This document shows, in pieces, positions 18,611-33,056 of a DNA stretch of 64,000 bases (position 1 is the first letter of the stretch; the number at the start of each line of letters is the position of its first letter). The stretch is from Bacilli bacterium (GTDB lineage Bacteria; Bacillota_I; Bacilli_A; RFN20; UBA1709). Below the pieces are notes generated by a model that ran no database searches, was not told where the DNA came from, and worked only from the letters and a program-made list of their open reading frames with translations. A program made the position numbers and the translations under genes. Where the stretch lies: assembly GCA_050949315.1 (NCBI GenBank), contig JBMNFL010000001.1, positions 736,001 to 800,000 of the forward strand, given 5' to 3'.

Positions 18611-19732
18611 ATGAAATTTGCAATCTCCAAAAATTATTTACTAAATGCTTTAAATACGGTATCTAGAGCAGTCTCTTCCAAAAATCCAAGAGCTATTTTA
18701 ACAGGAATCAAATTTGAATTAAATCATCATGGTTTATTCTTAACAGGAAGTGATAGCGATATTTCAATCGTAACTAAAGTACCAATGCAAGACAATAACA
18801 ATAATGTTATTACCTCTTTTGAACCAGGGGTTGTCGTTGTAAGTTCAAGATTTATCACAGACATCATTAGAAAACTTGAAGGAAGCATTATAAATTTTGA
18901 AACTTTAGAAGAAAACACTTTAAAAATCACGGACACAATTTCTGACTTTTCTTTGAATTGTATGGAAAGTCGCGATTATCCTGTTTTAGATTTAAGTTTG
19001 GAAGGAACAACTATAACTCTACCAACCGTTGTTTTAAACGAAATTATCAACCAAACTAGTTATGCCGCCAGCGACAAAGAAACAAGACCAATTCTTACTG
19101 GGGTTAATTTCCGTGGTGAAGGGCGGCAATTAGAATGTGTTGCCACCGATAGCTATCGTTTAGCAAAAAAGAGCGTTTTCTTAGAAAAGGAAGTTTCTTT
19201 CAATATTACTATTCCAGCTAAGACACTCAACGAAGTTGCTAAAGTTGCTGAAGGAGAAAATAGTGTTGAAATAATTATTACGGATAAAAAAGTTAACTTC
19301 CGTTTTCAAAACTCTTTAGTTAGCACAAGGGTTATTAATGGAGCTTATCCCGACACCTCAAAATTAATTCCTCTTTCTTTTGAATGTCATCTGGACACAA
19401 TTGCTCAAAGCTTTGTGGCCCGCATTGAAAGAGCATCACTTTTGTCGGTTGATCGTAACAATGTTGTTCGTCTTTCAATGAATCACGATGGAGTTTCAAT
19501 TTCCGCCAAAGCCCAAGAAGTTGGTTCGGCTGTTGAAACCGTAAACGACTATCGTTATGAAGGAGAACGTTTAGATGTTAGTTTCGCAGCTAAATTTGTT
19601 ATTGATGCTATTAAAGCGCTAGGTTGCGAGGCAATTACTATGTATTTCAATAGCGATTCTAAACCCTTTATCATTAAGAACGAAAAAGACTCTTCTTGTA
19701 TTCAATTAGTGTTGCCAGTTAGAACCTATTAA
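18611..19732 (+). CDS. dnaN: DNA polymerase III beta clamp
   Basis: RPILTGV, VATDSYRLA, YPDTSKLIP, LVLPVR. Confidence 0.98.
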   Translation: MKFAISKNYLLNALNTVSRAVSSKNPRAILTGIKFELNHHGLFLTGSDSDISIVTKVPMQDNNNNVITSFEPGVVVVSSRFITDIIRKLEGSIINFETLEENTLKITDTISDFSLNCMESRDYPVLDLSLEGTTITLPTVVLNEIINQTSYAASDKETRPILTGVNFRGEGRQLECVATDSYRLAKKSVFLEKEVSFNITIPAKTLNEVAKVAEGENSVEIIITDKKVNFRFQNSLVSTRVINGAYPDTSKLIPLSFECHLDTIAQSFVARIERASLLSVDRNNVVRLSMNHDGVSISAKAQEVGSAVETVNDYRYEGERLDVSFAAKFVIDAIKALGCEAITMYFNSDSKPFIIKNEKDSSCIQLVLPVRTY

Positions 19733-19898
19733 AAAGAAACAAAACAAAGGCAAGGGGAGTAAAAAAACAAACGCCCCATGAATTTATATTAAAAACAAAA
19801 AAATAAAGCAAAGAGACACTAAAAACGACTTAATGCTTTATTTTTTATTATTCCTATGTTAGAATATAAATGTATTTATATTCTTGGGGAGGAAAAAG

Positions 19899-20101
19899 AT
19901 GGTTAAGGTTGCCATTAAAGGAGAATATATAAAATTAGGTCAATTTTTGAAACTCGCCCACCTGATTCAAAGTGGCGGAGAAGAGAAAACGTTTTTATTA
20001 AACACTCCTGTTTTTGTTAATGGCAAAAAAGAACAACGGCGAGGACGCAAACTGTATCCAAATGATAAGGTCGTTGTTGTGACAAAAACATATTTAATAA
20101 C

Positions 20102-20111
<10 letters not shown>
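19899..20111 (+). CDS. yaaA: S4-domain protein YaaA
   Basis: EYIKLGQFLK..SGGEEK..VNGKKEQRRGRKL; ATG at 19899 after GGAGG. Confidence 0.9.
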
Positions 20112-23142
<3,031 letters not shown>

Positions 23143-23157
23143 AAAGGAGACTTTAAA

Positions 23158-25668
23158 ATGGCAAACAAAGAATTAGACCACACTGGTGAAGTATTTGATT
23201 CGGATATTGATATCGAACGGGTAACTGAGGTTGATTTGAGTTCTGAGATGAAGGCTTCTTTCTTGGATTACTCAATGTCAGTTATTGTTTCGCGAGCGCT
23301 TCCCGATGTTCGCGATGGTTTGAAGCCGGTACATCGGCGGATTATCTATTCAATGAATGAGTTAGGAATGACTAGCGACAAACCCCATAAAAAGTCAGCG
23401 AGAATTGTTGGTGATGTTATTGGTAAATATCATCCACACGGAGATACGGCGGTTTATGATGCGATGGCGCGTTTAGCCCAACCCTTCTCCTTCCGTTATC
23501 CTTTAGTTGATGGAAACGGAAACTTTGGTTCAATTGATGGCGATCGTCCGGCGGCGATGCGTTATACCGAAGCCAGAATGTCCAAAATCGCCAACGAGAT
23601 GGTTAGAGACATTAACAAAGACACGGTAGATTTTGTTCCCAACTATGATGGCGAAGAAAAAGAGCCAGTTATTCTGCCATCGAGAATCCCAAATTTGTTG
23701 ATTAATGGTTCGACGGGTATTGCTGTTGGTATGGCAACCAACATTCCTCCACACAACCTTTCAGAAGTCATTGATGCGACACTAGCAGTGGCAGAAAATC
23801 CTGAAATTGATGTTGTAGAATTAATAAATAAACATATTCACGGTCCTGATTTCCCAACCGCAGGAATAATTCTTGGACGTTCAGGAATTAAGAAAGCATA
23901 CGAAACAGGAAGTGGCCTGATTGTCATTCGTTCGCGTTGCGAAATAGAAGACGATCCTTATCATGATGGGCGGAAAAGAATTGTTATTAGCGAAATTCCC
24001 TATCAAATAAATAAACAGACAATGATTGAAAGAATGGCCGATTTAGTTAAGAACAAAGTTATTGACGGGATTTATGATTTACGAGATGAATCTAACCGTG
24101 AAGGCATACAGGTTATTGTTGAACTTAAAAAAGAAGCGATTCCCGAGGTGGTCTTAAACCAACTATTTAAATTTTCCTCATTGCAAGTTTCTTATAGTAT
24201 CAACTTATTAGCCATTTTAGATGGTCAACCACAAATCTTCTCTTTAAAAGAGATTTTAAATAATTATATTGATCATCAAACGAATGTCATTAGAAGAAAA
24301 ACACAATATGATCTAGATAGAGCTTTAGAAAGAACACACATCTTAGAGGGCTTACGGATAGCAAGAAGACATCTTGATGAGATTATTGCTATTATCAAAA
24401 CAAGCGCCTCTCCAGACGTTGCTCAAGAAAAGATGATGAATGCCCTATCTTTAAGTGAAAAGCAAGCAAAAGCTATTCTAGATATGAGGCTTCAAAGATT
24501 AACTGGAGTCGAACAAGAAAAAATTGATGCCGAAATTAAAGATTTGGCTATCAAGATCGCCGACTATCAAGATATTATTGCTAGCCGAGAACGCGTAATT
24601 CAAGTTTTAAAAGAAGACTTAAATGAAATCAAAGAGCGCTATGGCGATAGTAGAAAAACAGAAATTTCTAGCGACTCCTCTTCTATTGAAGATGAAGAGT
24701 TAATCCCAACAGAAGACGTTGTTTATACTTTAACAACTAATGGTTATGTTAAACGCGTGCCAGTTGACACCTATCGTACTCAGAATCGTGGAGGTCGCGG
24801 GGTCAAGGGAATTACAACCCACGATGACGATGTTGTGGAAAAACTTCTCTTTGCCTCTACTCACACAGACATTATGTTCTTTTCTAGTTTTGGAAAGGTT
24901 TATAGAATGCGCGGATATCAAATCCCTGAATATACAAGACAAGGGAAAGGAATTCCTGTAATTAACTTATTACCAATTGAAAAAGAAGAAAAGATTATGG
25001 CAATGCTTAATGTCGATGAGTATGATGAAGAACATAGTCTCATCTTTGTTACTAAAAAAGGCGTTATCAAGCGAGTGGCTATATCCCAATTCAACAACAT
25101 TAACAAAAATGGAAAAATAGCTTTGACCCTTAAAGAAGGCGACGAACTATACGATGTTAAGAAAACAAGCGGAAATGTTGAAATTTATATTGGAGCCGAT
25201 AACGGCAAGGTCTGTCGCTTTAACGAAACCGATGTTCGCCAAATGGGACGAAATGCGGCGGGAGTTCGCGGCATCAACATTAGCGAAGAGAGCCAAGTAA
25301 TTGGGGTTACGACCTCTGATGAAGGCAATTACATTCTTGTTATTACATCTAAAGGCTATGGTAAGATGAGTAATCGAGAAGATTATCGTCTGACCCAAAG
25401 AGGAGCAAAAGGCGTCTTGTCTTTAAACGCCACCAAACGCAACGGGACTTTAGTAGCTATGCGCGCAGTTAATGGTGACGAAGACCTTTTAGTTACAACA
25501 ACAAAGGGAATAATTATTAGAATATCTTTAACCCAAGTAAAAGTTGCCGGGCGTAACACTCAGGGCGTAAAAATTATTAAACTTGACGCCAACCAAGAGG
25601 TTGCATCCATTGCAATAGCAGATTCTCAAGAAGAGGAAGAAAGCGAGACAGAAGCAAGCAATGAATAG
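23158..25668 (+). CDS. gyrA: DNA gyrase subunit A
   Basis: [22 protein letters not shown], GyrA box QNRGGRG. Confidence 0.98.
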   Translation: MANKELDHTGEVFDSDIDIERVTEVDLSSEMKASFLDYSMSVIVSRALPDVRDGLKPVHRRIIYSMNELGMTSDKPHKKSARIVGDVIGKYHPHGDTAVYDAMARLAQPFSFRYPLVDGNGNFGSIDGDRPAAMRYTEARMSKIANEMVRDINKDTVDFVPNYDGEEKEPVILPSRIPNLLINGSTGIAVGMATNIPPHNLSEVIDATLAVAENPEIDVVELINKHIHGPDFPTAGIILGRSGIKKAYETGSGLIVIRSRCEIEDDPYHDGRKRIVISEIPYQINKQTMIERMADLVKNKVIDGIYDLRDESNREGIQVIVELKKEAIPEVVLNQLFKFSSLQVSYSINLLAILDGQPQIFSLKEILNNYIDHQTNVIRRKTQYDLDRALERTHILEGLRIARRHLDEIIAIIKTSASPDVAQEKMMNALSLSEKQAKAILDMRLQRLTGVEQEKIDAEIKDLAIKIADYQDIIASRERVIQVLKEDLNEIKERYGDSRKTEISSDSSSIEDEELIPTEDVVYTLTTNGYVKRVPVDTYRTQNRGGRGVKGITTHDDDVVEKLLFASTHTDIMFFSSFGKVYRMRGYQIPEYTRQGKGIPVINLLPIEKEEKIMAMLNVDEYDEEHSLIFVTKKGVIKRVAISQFNNINKNGKIALTLKEGDELYDVKKTSGNVEIYIGADNGKVCRFNETDVRQMGRNAAGVRGINISEESQVIGVTTSDEGNYILVITSKGYGKMSNREDYRLTQRGAKGVLSLNATKRNGTLVAMRAVNGDEDLLVTTTKGIIIRISLTQVKVAGRNTQGVKIIKLDANQEVASIAIADSQEEEESETEASNE

Positions 25669-25670
25669 GC

Positions 25671-25686
25671 GGTTTCACGTGAAACA
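25671..25686. promoter_or_regulatory. parS centromere-like site
   Basis: GGTTTCACGTGAAACA, 15/16 match to TGTTTCACGTGAAACA; intergenic, about 7 kb from oriC. Confidence 0.88.
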
Positions 25687-25708
25687 AAACTAAAAAGGGG
25701 GGAGTTTT

Positions 25709-27001
25709 GTGATAGATATTAAAATCATTAGAGAAAATCCTGAGCTAGTAAAAAACAATATAAAGAAAAAGTTTCAAGACGAAAAATTAATGCTTGTCGA
25801 TGAAATAATTAAACTAGATTCTCAGCAAAGAAAAACCAAAACAACTATTGATGATTTACGTAACGAAAGAAATGTTGTAAGTAAAAACATTGGAATTTTA
25901 TTTGCTAAAAAGAAAAACCAAGAAGCCGAACAACAGAAAGAAAAGGTCAATGAAATTAATGAAAAATTGTTGATTTTGGAAAAGGAAGAAGAAAGTTTAA
26001 GCCAAGAAATCAAGCAAAAAATGTTGCTTATTCCTAACATTATTGATGACACGGTTCCCATTGGCAAAGACGATAGTGAAAATGTTGAGGTCGAAAGGTT
26101 TTTAGAACCACGGGTTCCAAGTTTTCCTATTCCTTATCATGTAGATATATTAGAAAATCTAGAAGGAATCGATCTTGACAGTGCCCGCAAAGTTGCTGGT
26201 AACGGTTTTTATTATTTAATGGGTGATGTGGCTAGACTTCATTCGGCCGTATTGAATTATGCCCGAGATTTTATGATTAATAAAGGTTTTACCTATGTTA
26301 TTCCCCCTTATATGATACGCAGCGAGGTGGTTACCGGTGTTATGAGTTTTGCTGAAATGGAAGCGATGATGTATAAAATTGAAGGAGAAGACCTTTATTT
26401 AATTGGAACTAGCGAACATTCAATGATTGGTAAATTTATTGACACCATAAACAATAAAGAAAACCTACCTTATGCTTATACAAGTTATTCCCCCTGTTTT
26501 AGAAAAGAAAAAGGTGCACACGGTATAGAAGAAAGAGGAATTTATCGCATTCACCAATTTGAAAAACAAGAAATGGTGGTTATTTGTGAGCCCGAGGATT
26601 CTAAAGAGTGGTTCGAAAAGCTTTATAAATACACAGTTGAATTATTTACTAGTATGCAGATTCCTGTTCGGACTCTTGAGTGTTGCAGTGGCGATTTGGC
26701 GGATTTAAAAGTTAAAAGTATTGATGTTGAAGCTTGGAGTCCGCGTCAGGAAAAGTATTTTGAAGTTGGTAGTTGTTCCAACATGGGGGATGCCCAAGCG
26801 CGAAGACTAGCTATTAGAATCAGAGGCGAAAAGAAAAACTATTTTGCACATACTCTTAATAACACCGTTGTCGCGCCACCAAGAATGCTTATAGCGGTTT
26901 TAGAAAACCATCTCAACGAAGACGGTTCAGTTAATGTTCCTCCGGTTTTGCAACCGTACATGGGCGGAACAAAAGTTATAAATACTAAAACAAAAAAGTA
27001 A
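25709..27001 (+). CDS. serS: Serine--tRNA ligase
   Basis: N-terminal coiled coil, GTSEH, SPCFRKEKG, HQFEKQE, EVGSCSN, HTLNNT. Confidence 0.96.
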   Translation: MIDIKIIRENPELVKNNIKKKFQDEKLMLVDEIIKLDSQQRKTKTTIDDLRNERNVVSKNIGILFAKKKNQEAEQQKEKVNEINEKLLILEKEEESLSQEIKQKMLLIPNIIDDTVPIGKDDSENVEVERFLEPRVPSFPIPYHVDILENLEGIDLDSARKVAGNGFYYLMGDVARLHSAVLNYARDFMINKGFTYVIPPYMIRSEVVTGVMSFAEMEAMMYKIEGEDLYLIGTSEHSMIGKFIDTINNKENLPYAYTSYSPCFRKEKGAHGIEERGIYRIHQFEKQEMVVICEPEDSKEWFEKLYKYTVELFTSMQIPVRTLECCSGDLADLKVKSIDVEAWSPRQEKYFEVGSCSNMGDAQARRLAIRIRGEKKNYFAHTLNNTVVAPPRMLIAVLENHLNEDGSVNVPPVLQPYMGGTKVINTKTKK

Positions 27002-27026
27002 CTAAAAAACAGGTCAAAATTGAATT

Positions 27027-27047
27027 GAGAGCGCAAGCTCTCTTTTT
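27027..27047 (+). terminator. Intrinsic terminator after serS
   Basis: GAGAGC-GCAA-GCTCTC-TTTTT. Confidence 0.85.
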
Positions 27048-27148
27048 AATTTAAAAACTAGAGTTTCAGAAAATAATTTTCGTATTCGAAAATTAAAATA
27101 GATTCACGCGTGTGGACATGCTATAATCAACCCAAGGACGTGATTTAA

Positions 27149-29683
27149 ATGAAAAGCAAGCCCAAGTATTCTCCGATGATGGAGCAGTATCTAAAAATAA
27201 AAAAACAACACCCAGACACTCTGATTTTTTTCCGTTTGGGTGATTTTTATGAATTGTTTTTTGATGACGCGAAAATTGCATCCAAAGAATTGGAATTAGT
27301 TTTAACTGGAAAAAGTGCAGGGGTTAAAGAAAGAGTTCCCATGTGCGGCGTGCCTTACCACGCGGTAAACAATTATTTAGAAAAGTTAATTAAGCGCGGT
27401 TATAAAATTGGAATAGTAGAACAAACTGAAGATCCAAAAACCGCAAAAAAACTAGTTAAGCGAGAAGTTGTTCAAATTATTACACCAGGAACTTTAGTGG
27501 ATGTTGGTCTTGACGATAAGCAGAACAACTATATTCTTTGCATTGAAAAACACTCAGCCTTTTATATTTTAGCTTTTTGTGATCTTTCCACTGGGGAGCT
27601 TGGCGTTTTAAATATTGAGAACAACCAAGAACGACTTTTAAATGAAATTGATACTTTTGAAACTAAGGAAATTGTCGTTGCAGAAGATTTTGATACTAGC
27701 GTTTTAGATAACGGACGCAACAAATTTTTGATTTCAAGACACAATGATGTTGTAGCAACTCTTGAACACGAACATATTGTTTCTGAGCTTAAAGATGTTC
27801 GTCAAATAAGTTGTATAGTTCGTTTGGTTGACTATTTAGCAACAACCCAAAAAAGAAACATTGACTATTTACAAAAAGCCCGTATCATCAAAACGAATCA
27901 ACAACTAAAAATGGATGTCTACACTAGAAACAATTTAGAGTTGATTAAGACTATTCGTAACGATGATCGCTATGGATCTCTACTATGGGTTCTTGACAAA
28001 ACAAAAACAGCTATGGGGGCGCGTTTGCTTAAAAGTTATCTATATCGCCCTTTAGCTGATGCCAAGGAAATTGAAGAACGTTTAGATATTGTTGAAGCGT
28101 TGAGCAAAGATTTTTTAGTTCGAAAAGAATTAAGCGGCCTTTTAGCTGAAATTTATGACTTACCTCGTTTAATTGGGCGCATTGGCTATGGAAACGCAAA
28201 TGGTAAAGATTTAGTGCAGTTGTCGCGCTCCTTAAAGGTAATTCCCAACATAAAAAGCTTATTAAATAAAAGCGCAACAGCATGTCTAGTTAATTTGAGT
28301 CAAAAACTAGAAAAGCTTGATGCCGTTGTTAGCTTAATTAATAAAAGTATCGTTGACAACCCGCCTTTTGTTATTCGTGAAGGCGGGATGATCCGTCGTG
28401 GTTATGATAAAGAACTTGACCAGCTTTATATTTTAAGTAAGGGCGGCAAACAATGGATTTCCGATTTAGAAGCCAAAGAAAAAGAAAAGACCGGAATAAA
28501 AGGGTTAAAAATAGGCTACAACAAAGTTTTCGGTTTTTACATTGAAATTAGCAATTCGTTCTTGCCACAAGTAAAGGATGAGTTTGGTTATATTCGCAAG
28601 CAAACATTAACAACAGGCGAAAGATATATCACCCAAGAGTTAAAAGAAAAAGAAGACCTAATTCTTAATGCCGAAGACAAGATTGTTAAATTAGAATATG
28701 AGATTTTCCAAAGCATTAGAAATGAGGTCAAAAAATATACAGGAAGAATTCAAAGTTTAGCGGATGTTTTGTCAATAATTGATGTTTTGTGTTCCTTTGC
28801 AGAAGTCGCGGTTTTAAACGGCTACACAAGGCCAAGAATTAATGACAATCAAAAGTTAGTAATTAAAGAAGGTCGGCACCCTGTTTTAGAAAAAGTTTCG
28901 CAAGAGGCCTATGTGCCTAACGATTTAGAAATGGACGCTGACAACTTTTTGCATTTAATTACTGGGCCTAATATGGGCGGAAAAAGCACATATATGCGCC
29001 AAGTGGCTTTGGCCATTATCATGGCTCAGATTGGTAGTTTTGTAGCAGCTAAAGAGATGGACACGCCTGTTTTTGACCAAATATTTACAAGAATTGGTGC
29101 TAGTGATGATTTAGTGTCTGGTCAATCAACTTTCATGGTGGAAATGTTAGAGGTTAATAACGCATTAAGAAATGCTAGTTCAAGATCTTTGATTGTTTTT
29201 GATGAAATAGGCCGAGGAACATCAACCTTTGATGGAATGGCTTTAGCCCAAGCGATAATTGAATATCTTTGCACGCAGGTTAAAGCAATGACCTTGTTTT
29301 CTACTCACTACCACGAACTTACCAATCTTGAAGGGCGTCTGAAGGGTTTAGAAAATTATCATGTGACCGTTTTTGAAGAAAATGAAAAAGTCACATTTCT
29401 TTACAGGGTTGAAAAAGGCAGCGCGAATAAATCTTATGGTATAAATGTAGCTAGACTCGCTCACTTACCACAGAAGTTGTTAGATCGTGCTCGCGACATC
29501 TTGAGTTATTTGGAGAAAAATAAGGTTTTAACAACACCAGGAGATTATATTATCAAAGAAGTTGTTAAAGAAAGTGCGGTTGAACAAAAAATCAAAGAAG
29601 TTGATCCTTTAGCCATCTCGCCACTCGAAGCTTTAAACCTTCTTTATGAAATGAAAAAGAAATTAAAGCAGGAGGACAAGTAA
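27149..29683 (+). CDS. mutS: DNA mismatch repair protein MutS
   Basis: FRLGDFYELF, PMCGVPYH, ITGPNMGGKSTYMRQ, DEIGRGTST; TGCTATAAT promoter at 27119-27127. Confidence 0.98.
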   Translation: MKSKPKYSPMMEQYLKIKKQHPDTLIFFRLGDFYELFFDDAKIASKELELVLTGKSAGVKERVPMCGVPYHAVNNYLEKLIKRGYKIGIVEQTEDPKTAKKLVKREVVQIITPGTLVDVGLDDKQNNYILCIEKHSAFYILAFCDLSTGELGVLNIENNQERLLNEIDTFETKEIVVAEDFDTSVLDNGRNKFLISRHNDVVATLEHEHIVSELKDVRQISCIVRLVDYLATTQKRNIDYLQKARIIKTNQQLKMDVYTRNNLELIKTIRNDDRYGSLLWVLDKTKTAMGARLLKSYLYRPLADAKEIEERLDIVEALSKDFLVRKELSGLLAEIYDLPRLIGRIGYGNANGKDLVQLSRSLKVIPNIKSLLNKSATACLVNLSQKLEKLDAVVSLINKSIVDNPPFVIREGGMIRRGYDKELDQLYILSKGGKQWISDLEAKEKEKTGIKGLKIGYNKVFGFYIEISNSFLPQVKDEFGYIRKQTLTTGERYITQELKEKEDLILNAEDKIVKLEYEIFQSIRNEVKKYTGRIQSLADVLSIIDVLCSFAEVAVLNGYTRPRINDNQKLVIKEGRHPVLEKVSQEAYVPNDLEMDADNFLHLITGPNMGGKSTYMRQVALAIIMAQIGSFVAAKEMDTPVFDQIFTRIGASDDLVSGQSTFMVEMLEVNNALRNASSRSLIVFDEIGRGTSTFDGMALAQAIIEYLCTQVKAMTLFSTHYHELTNLEGRLKGLENYHVTVFEENEKVTFLYRVEKGSANKSYGINVARLAHLPQKLLDRARDILSYLEKNKVLTTPGDYIIKEVVKESAVEQKIKEVDPLAISPLEALNLLYEMKKKLKQEDK

Positions 29684-31432
29684 ATGGGAAAAATAAAGGT
29701 TTTAGATGCCAAACTTGCCAACATGATTGCCGCCGGTGAAGTTATTGAAAGACCAAGCAGTGTGGTTAAGGAATTATTAGAAAACGCGATTGATGCTGAA
29801 GCAAACGAGATTGTGATAAGCATCAAAGAAGCCGGAAGAAAAGAAATTCAAGTTCGGGACAATGGTTATGGCATGAATAAAGAGGATATTTTAGCTTCTT
29901 TTACACGACACGCAACAAGCAAAATATCTCGTCCTCAAGATTTATTTAATATTGGAACGTTGGGCTTTAGAGGAGAGGCATTACCATCAATTGCCGCGGT
30001 GTCTAGGGTGACTCTGCAGTCGTGTACTAAAGGAAATCACGGTTGGCGGGTTCAGGTAGAAGAAAACCAAATAAAGAAGATTGAGGCCAGCGATAGCCGT
30101 GTTGGGACAACGGTTATTGTGCAGGATTTATTTTATAGAACACCAGCGCGATTAAAACATTTGCGTTCGGATAATGCAGAAATAGCGAGTATTTATGAAG
30201 TTGTTACAAATGTTGCTTTTGCTTACCCAGAAATAAAAATAACCCTAATTAATAATGATCGCGAGAGTTTTAATAGCAGTGGGAACGGCAATCTTCAAGA
30301 AATAATTGCTAAAGTCTATGGACTTGAAACAGCAAAACAACTAATTGCCGTTGATTTTAACAATAATGATTTTCAAGTGTCTGGTTATATCGGCAAATTT
30401 ACCAATCACCGCGCCAATCGCCGCTATATGAACTTTACCCTTAATTCAAGAACCGTAAGAATTCCTGCCATTCAAAGCGTTTTAATTGAAGCCTATCAGA
30501 ACTATTTACCAGTTAACCGTTATCCTGTTGCGGTTTTAAATATCAAAACAGATCCAAGGTTAGTTGACGTTAATGTTCACCCCACCAAACGAGAAGTTCG
30601 GCTCTCAATGGATGACAGTCTTTATAAATTGATTAAGGAAAATGTTCGTAAAGTTCTTTTGGAAACAAGCATGATTCCCAAAGTAAATGTTGAGAAAAAA
30701 GAAAAAACCCCGCAACCTCAATTGAGTTTAGATGAAGAGGATTTAAGAAAAATATTAGAGGAAGGGAAAACAATATTTCAAGACCTGTCAAAAAAGGAAA
30801 AAACATGGGAATTAAAAGAAAGCGAAGAAAAACTTGAAGAAGAGCAAAGACCTCAACTTAATCGGCTGCGGCCAATTGGACAAATACATGGCACATATAT
30901 CGTAGCTGAAAGTGTAGATGGTTTTTATTTAATTGATCAACACGCTGCGATGGAACGGATTAATTTTGAGAAATATTATCAAGAATTAAGCAAGAGTAAA
31001 ACCAAAATAAGTCTTTTAGTCCCGCAAGTAATTGAATTGAGTTATCGAGAAATCCAAATAGTTAAAGATAAATTAGAACTATTAGAAGAAGCTGGAATCA
31101 AAGCGGAAGTCTTTGGCAACAACGCTATTAGAGTCACTGAAATTCCTCTTTGGTTGAGCCAAGAAGAAGCAAGTCTTTATATAAACGGAGTCTTAGAACA
31201 AGTTTTGGCTGATAAAAATATAGACATTATGGCTTTAAGAGAACACGCCGTAGCGACAATCGCCTGTAAGGTTTCGCTCAAAGCCAACCGAAGACTAACA
31301 ATTGATGAACAACAAGAACTATTGGACCGCTTGATTTTGTGCCAAAACCCTCATTGCTGTCCTCATGGACGTCCAGTGATGATTTTCTACTCAATTTATG
31401 AACTTGAAAAATTATTCAATCGGGTTATGTAA
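29684..31432 (+). CDS. mutL: DNA mismatch repair endonuclease MutL
   Basis: IAAGEVIERP, GFRGEAL, DVNVHPTK, endonuclease motifs DQHAAMER and CPHGRP. Confidence 0.98.
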   Translation: MGKIKVLDAKLANMIAAGEVIERPSSVVKELLENAIDAEANEIVISIKEAGRKEIQVRDNGYGMNKEDILASFTRHATSKISRPQDLFNIGTLGFRGEALPSIAAVSRVTLQSCTKGNHGWRVQVEENQIKKIEASDSRVGTTVIVQDLFYRTPARLKHLRSDNAEIASIYEVVTNVAFAYPEIKITLINNDRESFNSSGNGNLQEIIAKVYGLETAKQLIAVDFNNNDFQVSGYIGKFTNHRANRRYMNFTLNSRTVRIPAIQSVLIEAYQNYLPVNRYPVAVLNIKTDPRLVDVNVHPTKREVRLSMDDSLYKLIKENVRKVLLETSMIPKVNVEKKEKTPQPQLSLDEEDLRKILEEGKTIFQDLSKKEKTWELKESEEKLEEEQRPQLNRLRPIGQIHGTYIVAESVDGFYLIDQHAAMERINFEKYYQELSKSKTKISLLVPQVIELSYREIQIVKDKLELLEEAGIKAEVFGNNAIRVTEIPLWLSQEEASLYINGVLEQVLADKNIDIMALREHAVATIACKVSLKANRRLTIDEQQELLDRLILCQNPHCCPHGRPVMIFYSIYELEKLFNRVM

Positions 31433-32326
31433 ATGGAAAAGGTTTTAGTTATTTGTGGTCCAACAGCGGTAGGCAAAAGCGAATTAGCTATTTATTTAGC
31501 CAAAAAGTATAACGGTGAAATAATAAACGGCGACTCTATGCAAGTTTATCGAGAAATGAATATTGGGACCGCCAAAGTTAGTGAGCAAGAAAGAAAAGAA
31601 GTTCCCCATCATCTTTTTGATATAAAAACTATCAAAGAACACTTTAGTGTTGCCGAATTTCAAGGTCTGGTTCGCGCCAAAATTTCAGAGATTACAAGCC
31701 GTGGGAACCTGCCAATTATTGTTGGCGGAACAGGTCTATATTTGAAGGCTAGTCTATACGATTATGACTTTCAAGAAAAAGAAAAACGCGATTATGGATT
31801 AACCAAAAAAACTACCGAAGAACTCTACGATATTTTAATTGAATTAGATGAAGAAACAGCCAAGACTATTCACATGAATAACCGACGCAGAATAATAAGG
31901 GCGATTGAAATATTTTATGAGACTGGTGTTGGTAAAGTTAAACATAATCAAAAACAAAAACAGAAACCCATTTATGATGTTTTTTTCCTAGGACTTTCTC
32001 GACCTCGCGACCAACTTTATCAGATGATAAACCAAAGAGTGGATTTAATGTTTGAAAAAGGCCTAGAAAAAGAAGCGAGATATGTTTTAGAAAACGCTGA
32101 TCCAAAATCAACGGCGCTTCAGGCCATTGGTTATAAAGAGTTTTTGTCTTGTCAGGATAGTGAACTTTGTAAAGAAACTATTAAACTCAATAGCAGGCAT
32201 TTAGCTAAAAGGCAACAGACTTGGTTTAATAATCAATTCTCAACCCAATGGATAGATGTTCAAGACAAAAGTCTTGAGGAACTTTTTCAAGAAGTAAATA
32301 TTCTTTTAAAGGAGTGGCTGAAATGA
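31433..32326 (+). CDS. miaA: tRNA dimethylallyltransferase
   Basis: GPTAVGKS, DSMQVY, IGTAK, GGTGLY, AIGYKE, AKRQQTWF. Confidence 0.97.
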   Translation: MEKVLVICGPTAVGKSELAIYLAKKYNGEIINGDSMQVYREMNIGTAKVSEQERKEVPHHLFDIKTIKEHFSVAEFQGLVRAKISEITSRGNLPIIVGGTGLYLKASLYDYDFQEKEKRDYGLTKKTTEELYDILIELDEETAKTIHMNNRRRIIRAIEIFYETGVGKVKHNQKQKQKPIYDVFFLGLSRPRDQLYQMINQRVDLMFEKGLEKEARYVLENADPKSTALQAIGYKEFLSCQDSELCKETIKLNSRHLAKRQQTWFNNQFSTQWIDVQDKSLEELFQEVNILLKEWLK

Positions 32327-33009
32327 ATAGATTTATCAGAAACGAAGCCTTGCTTGGGACAGAACTAAATGAAATATTAATAAATAAAAAAGTTTTAATT
32401 GTTGGTTTAGGTGGGGTTGGTGGGTATGCTGCCGAAGCCATCGCTCGTTTAGGTGTTAAAAATCTTATATTGGTTGATTGTGATGTGGTGGAGGAAACAA
32501 ACATCAATCGTCAACTTGTCGCTAACACTAGAACCCTAGGTCAAAACAAGGTGGATTTATATATGGAAAGAATCAGAGAAATTAATCCATTAGTTAAAAT
32601 AAAAACGCACAAATTATTTATTGATAGCGAAAATATAGATGAAATTTTTAGCGAAGAAATTGATTATATCATCGATGCCGTTGACAATGTTCCAGCCAAA
32701 ATATTGCTTCTTAAAAAAAGCGAAGAAAAACAAATACCTATTGTGAGCAGTATGGGGATGGCTAAAAGACTTGATTCAACACAAATAAGGATAGGTGTTT
32801 TATCAGAAACACAAAATGATAAAATGGCCAAAAAAATGCGCGAAACGGCTAGAAAGAATGGGCTAAATCTTACTACAATCAAAGTGGTCTATTCGCTTGA
32901 ACCGGCAATGGAAGGTCAAAGCAAACCCTTACCTTCAATTGTTACCGTCCCCGCAGCAGCCGGTCTTGCTTGTGCGACGTGTTTTGTTAAAGAATTCCAA
33001 AAAAGATAG
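32323..33009 (+). CDS. tcdA: tRNA threonylcarbamoyladenosine dehydratase (ThiF family)
   Basis: GLGGVGG, ETNINRQ, IIDAVD, SSMG, VVYS.E; ATGA overlap with miaA. Confidence 0.88.
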   Translation: MNRFIRNEALLGTELNEILINKKVLIVGLGGVGGYAAEAIARLGVKNLILVDCDVVEETNINRQLVANTRTLGQNKVDLYMERIREINPLVKIKTHKLFIDSENIDEIFSEEIDYIIDAVDNVPAKILLLKKSEEKQIPIVSSMGMAKRLDSTQIRIGVLSETQNDKMAKKMRETARKNGLNLTTIKVVYSLEPAMEGQSKPLPSIVTVPAAAGLACATCFVKEFQKR

Positions 33010-33056
33010 CAAAAAAGGCGAAAAAAGATTAATATATATGTGGGTAGGAGAAACAC

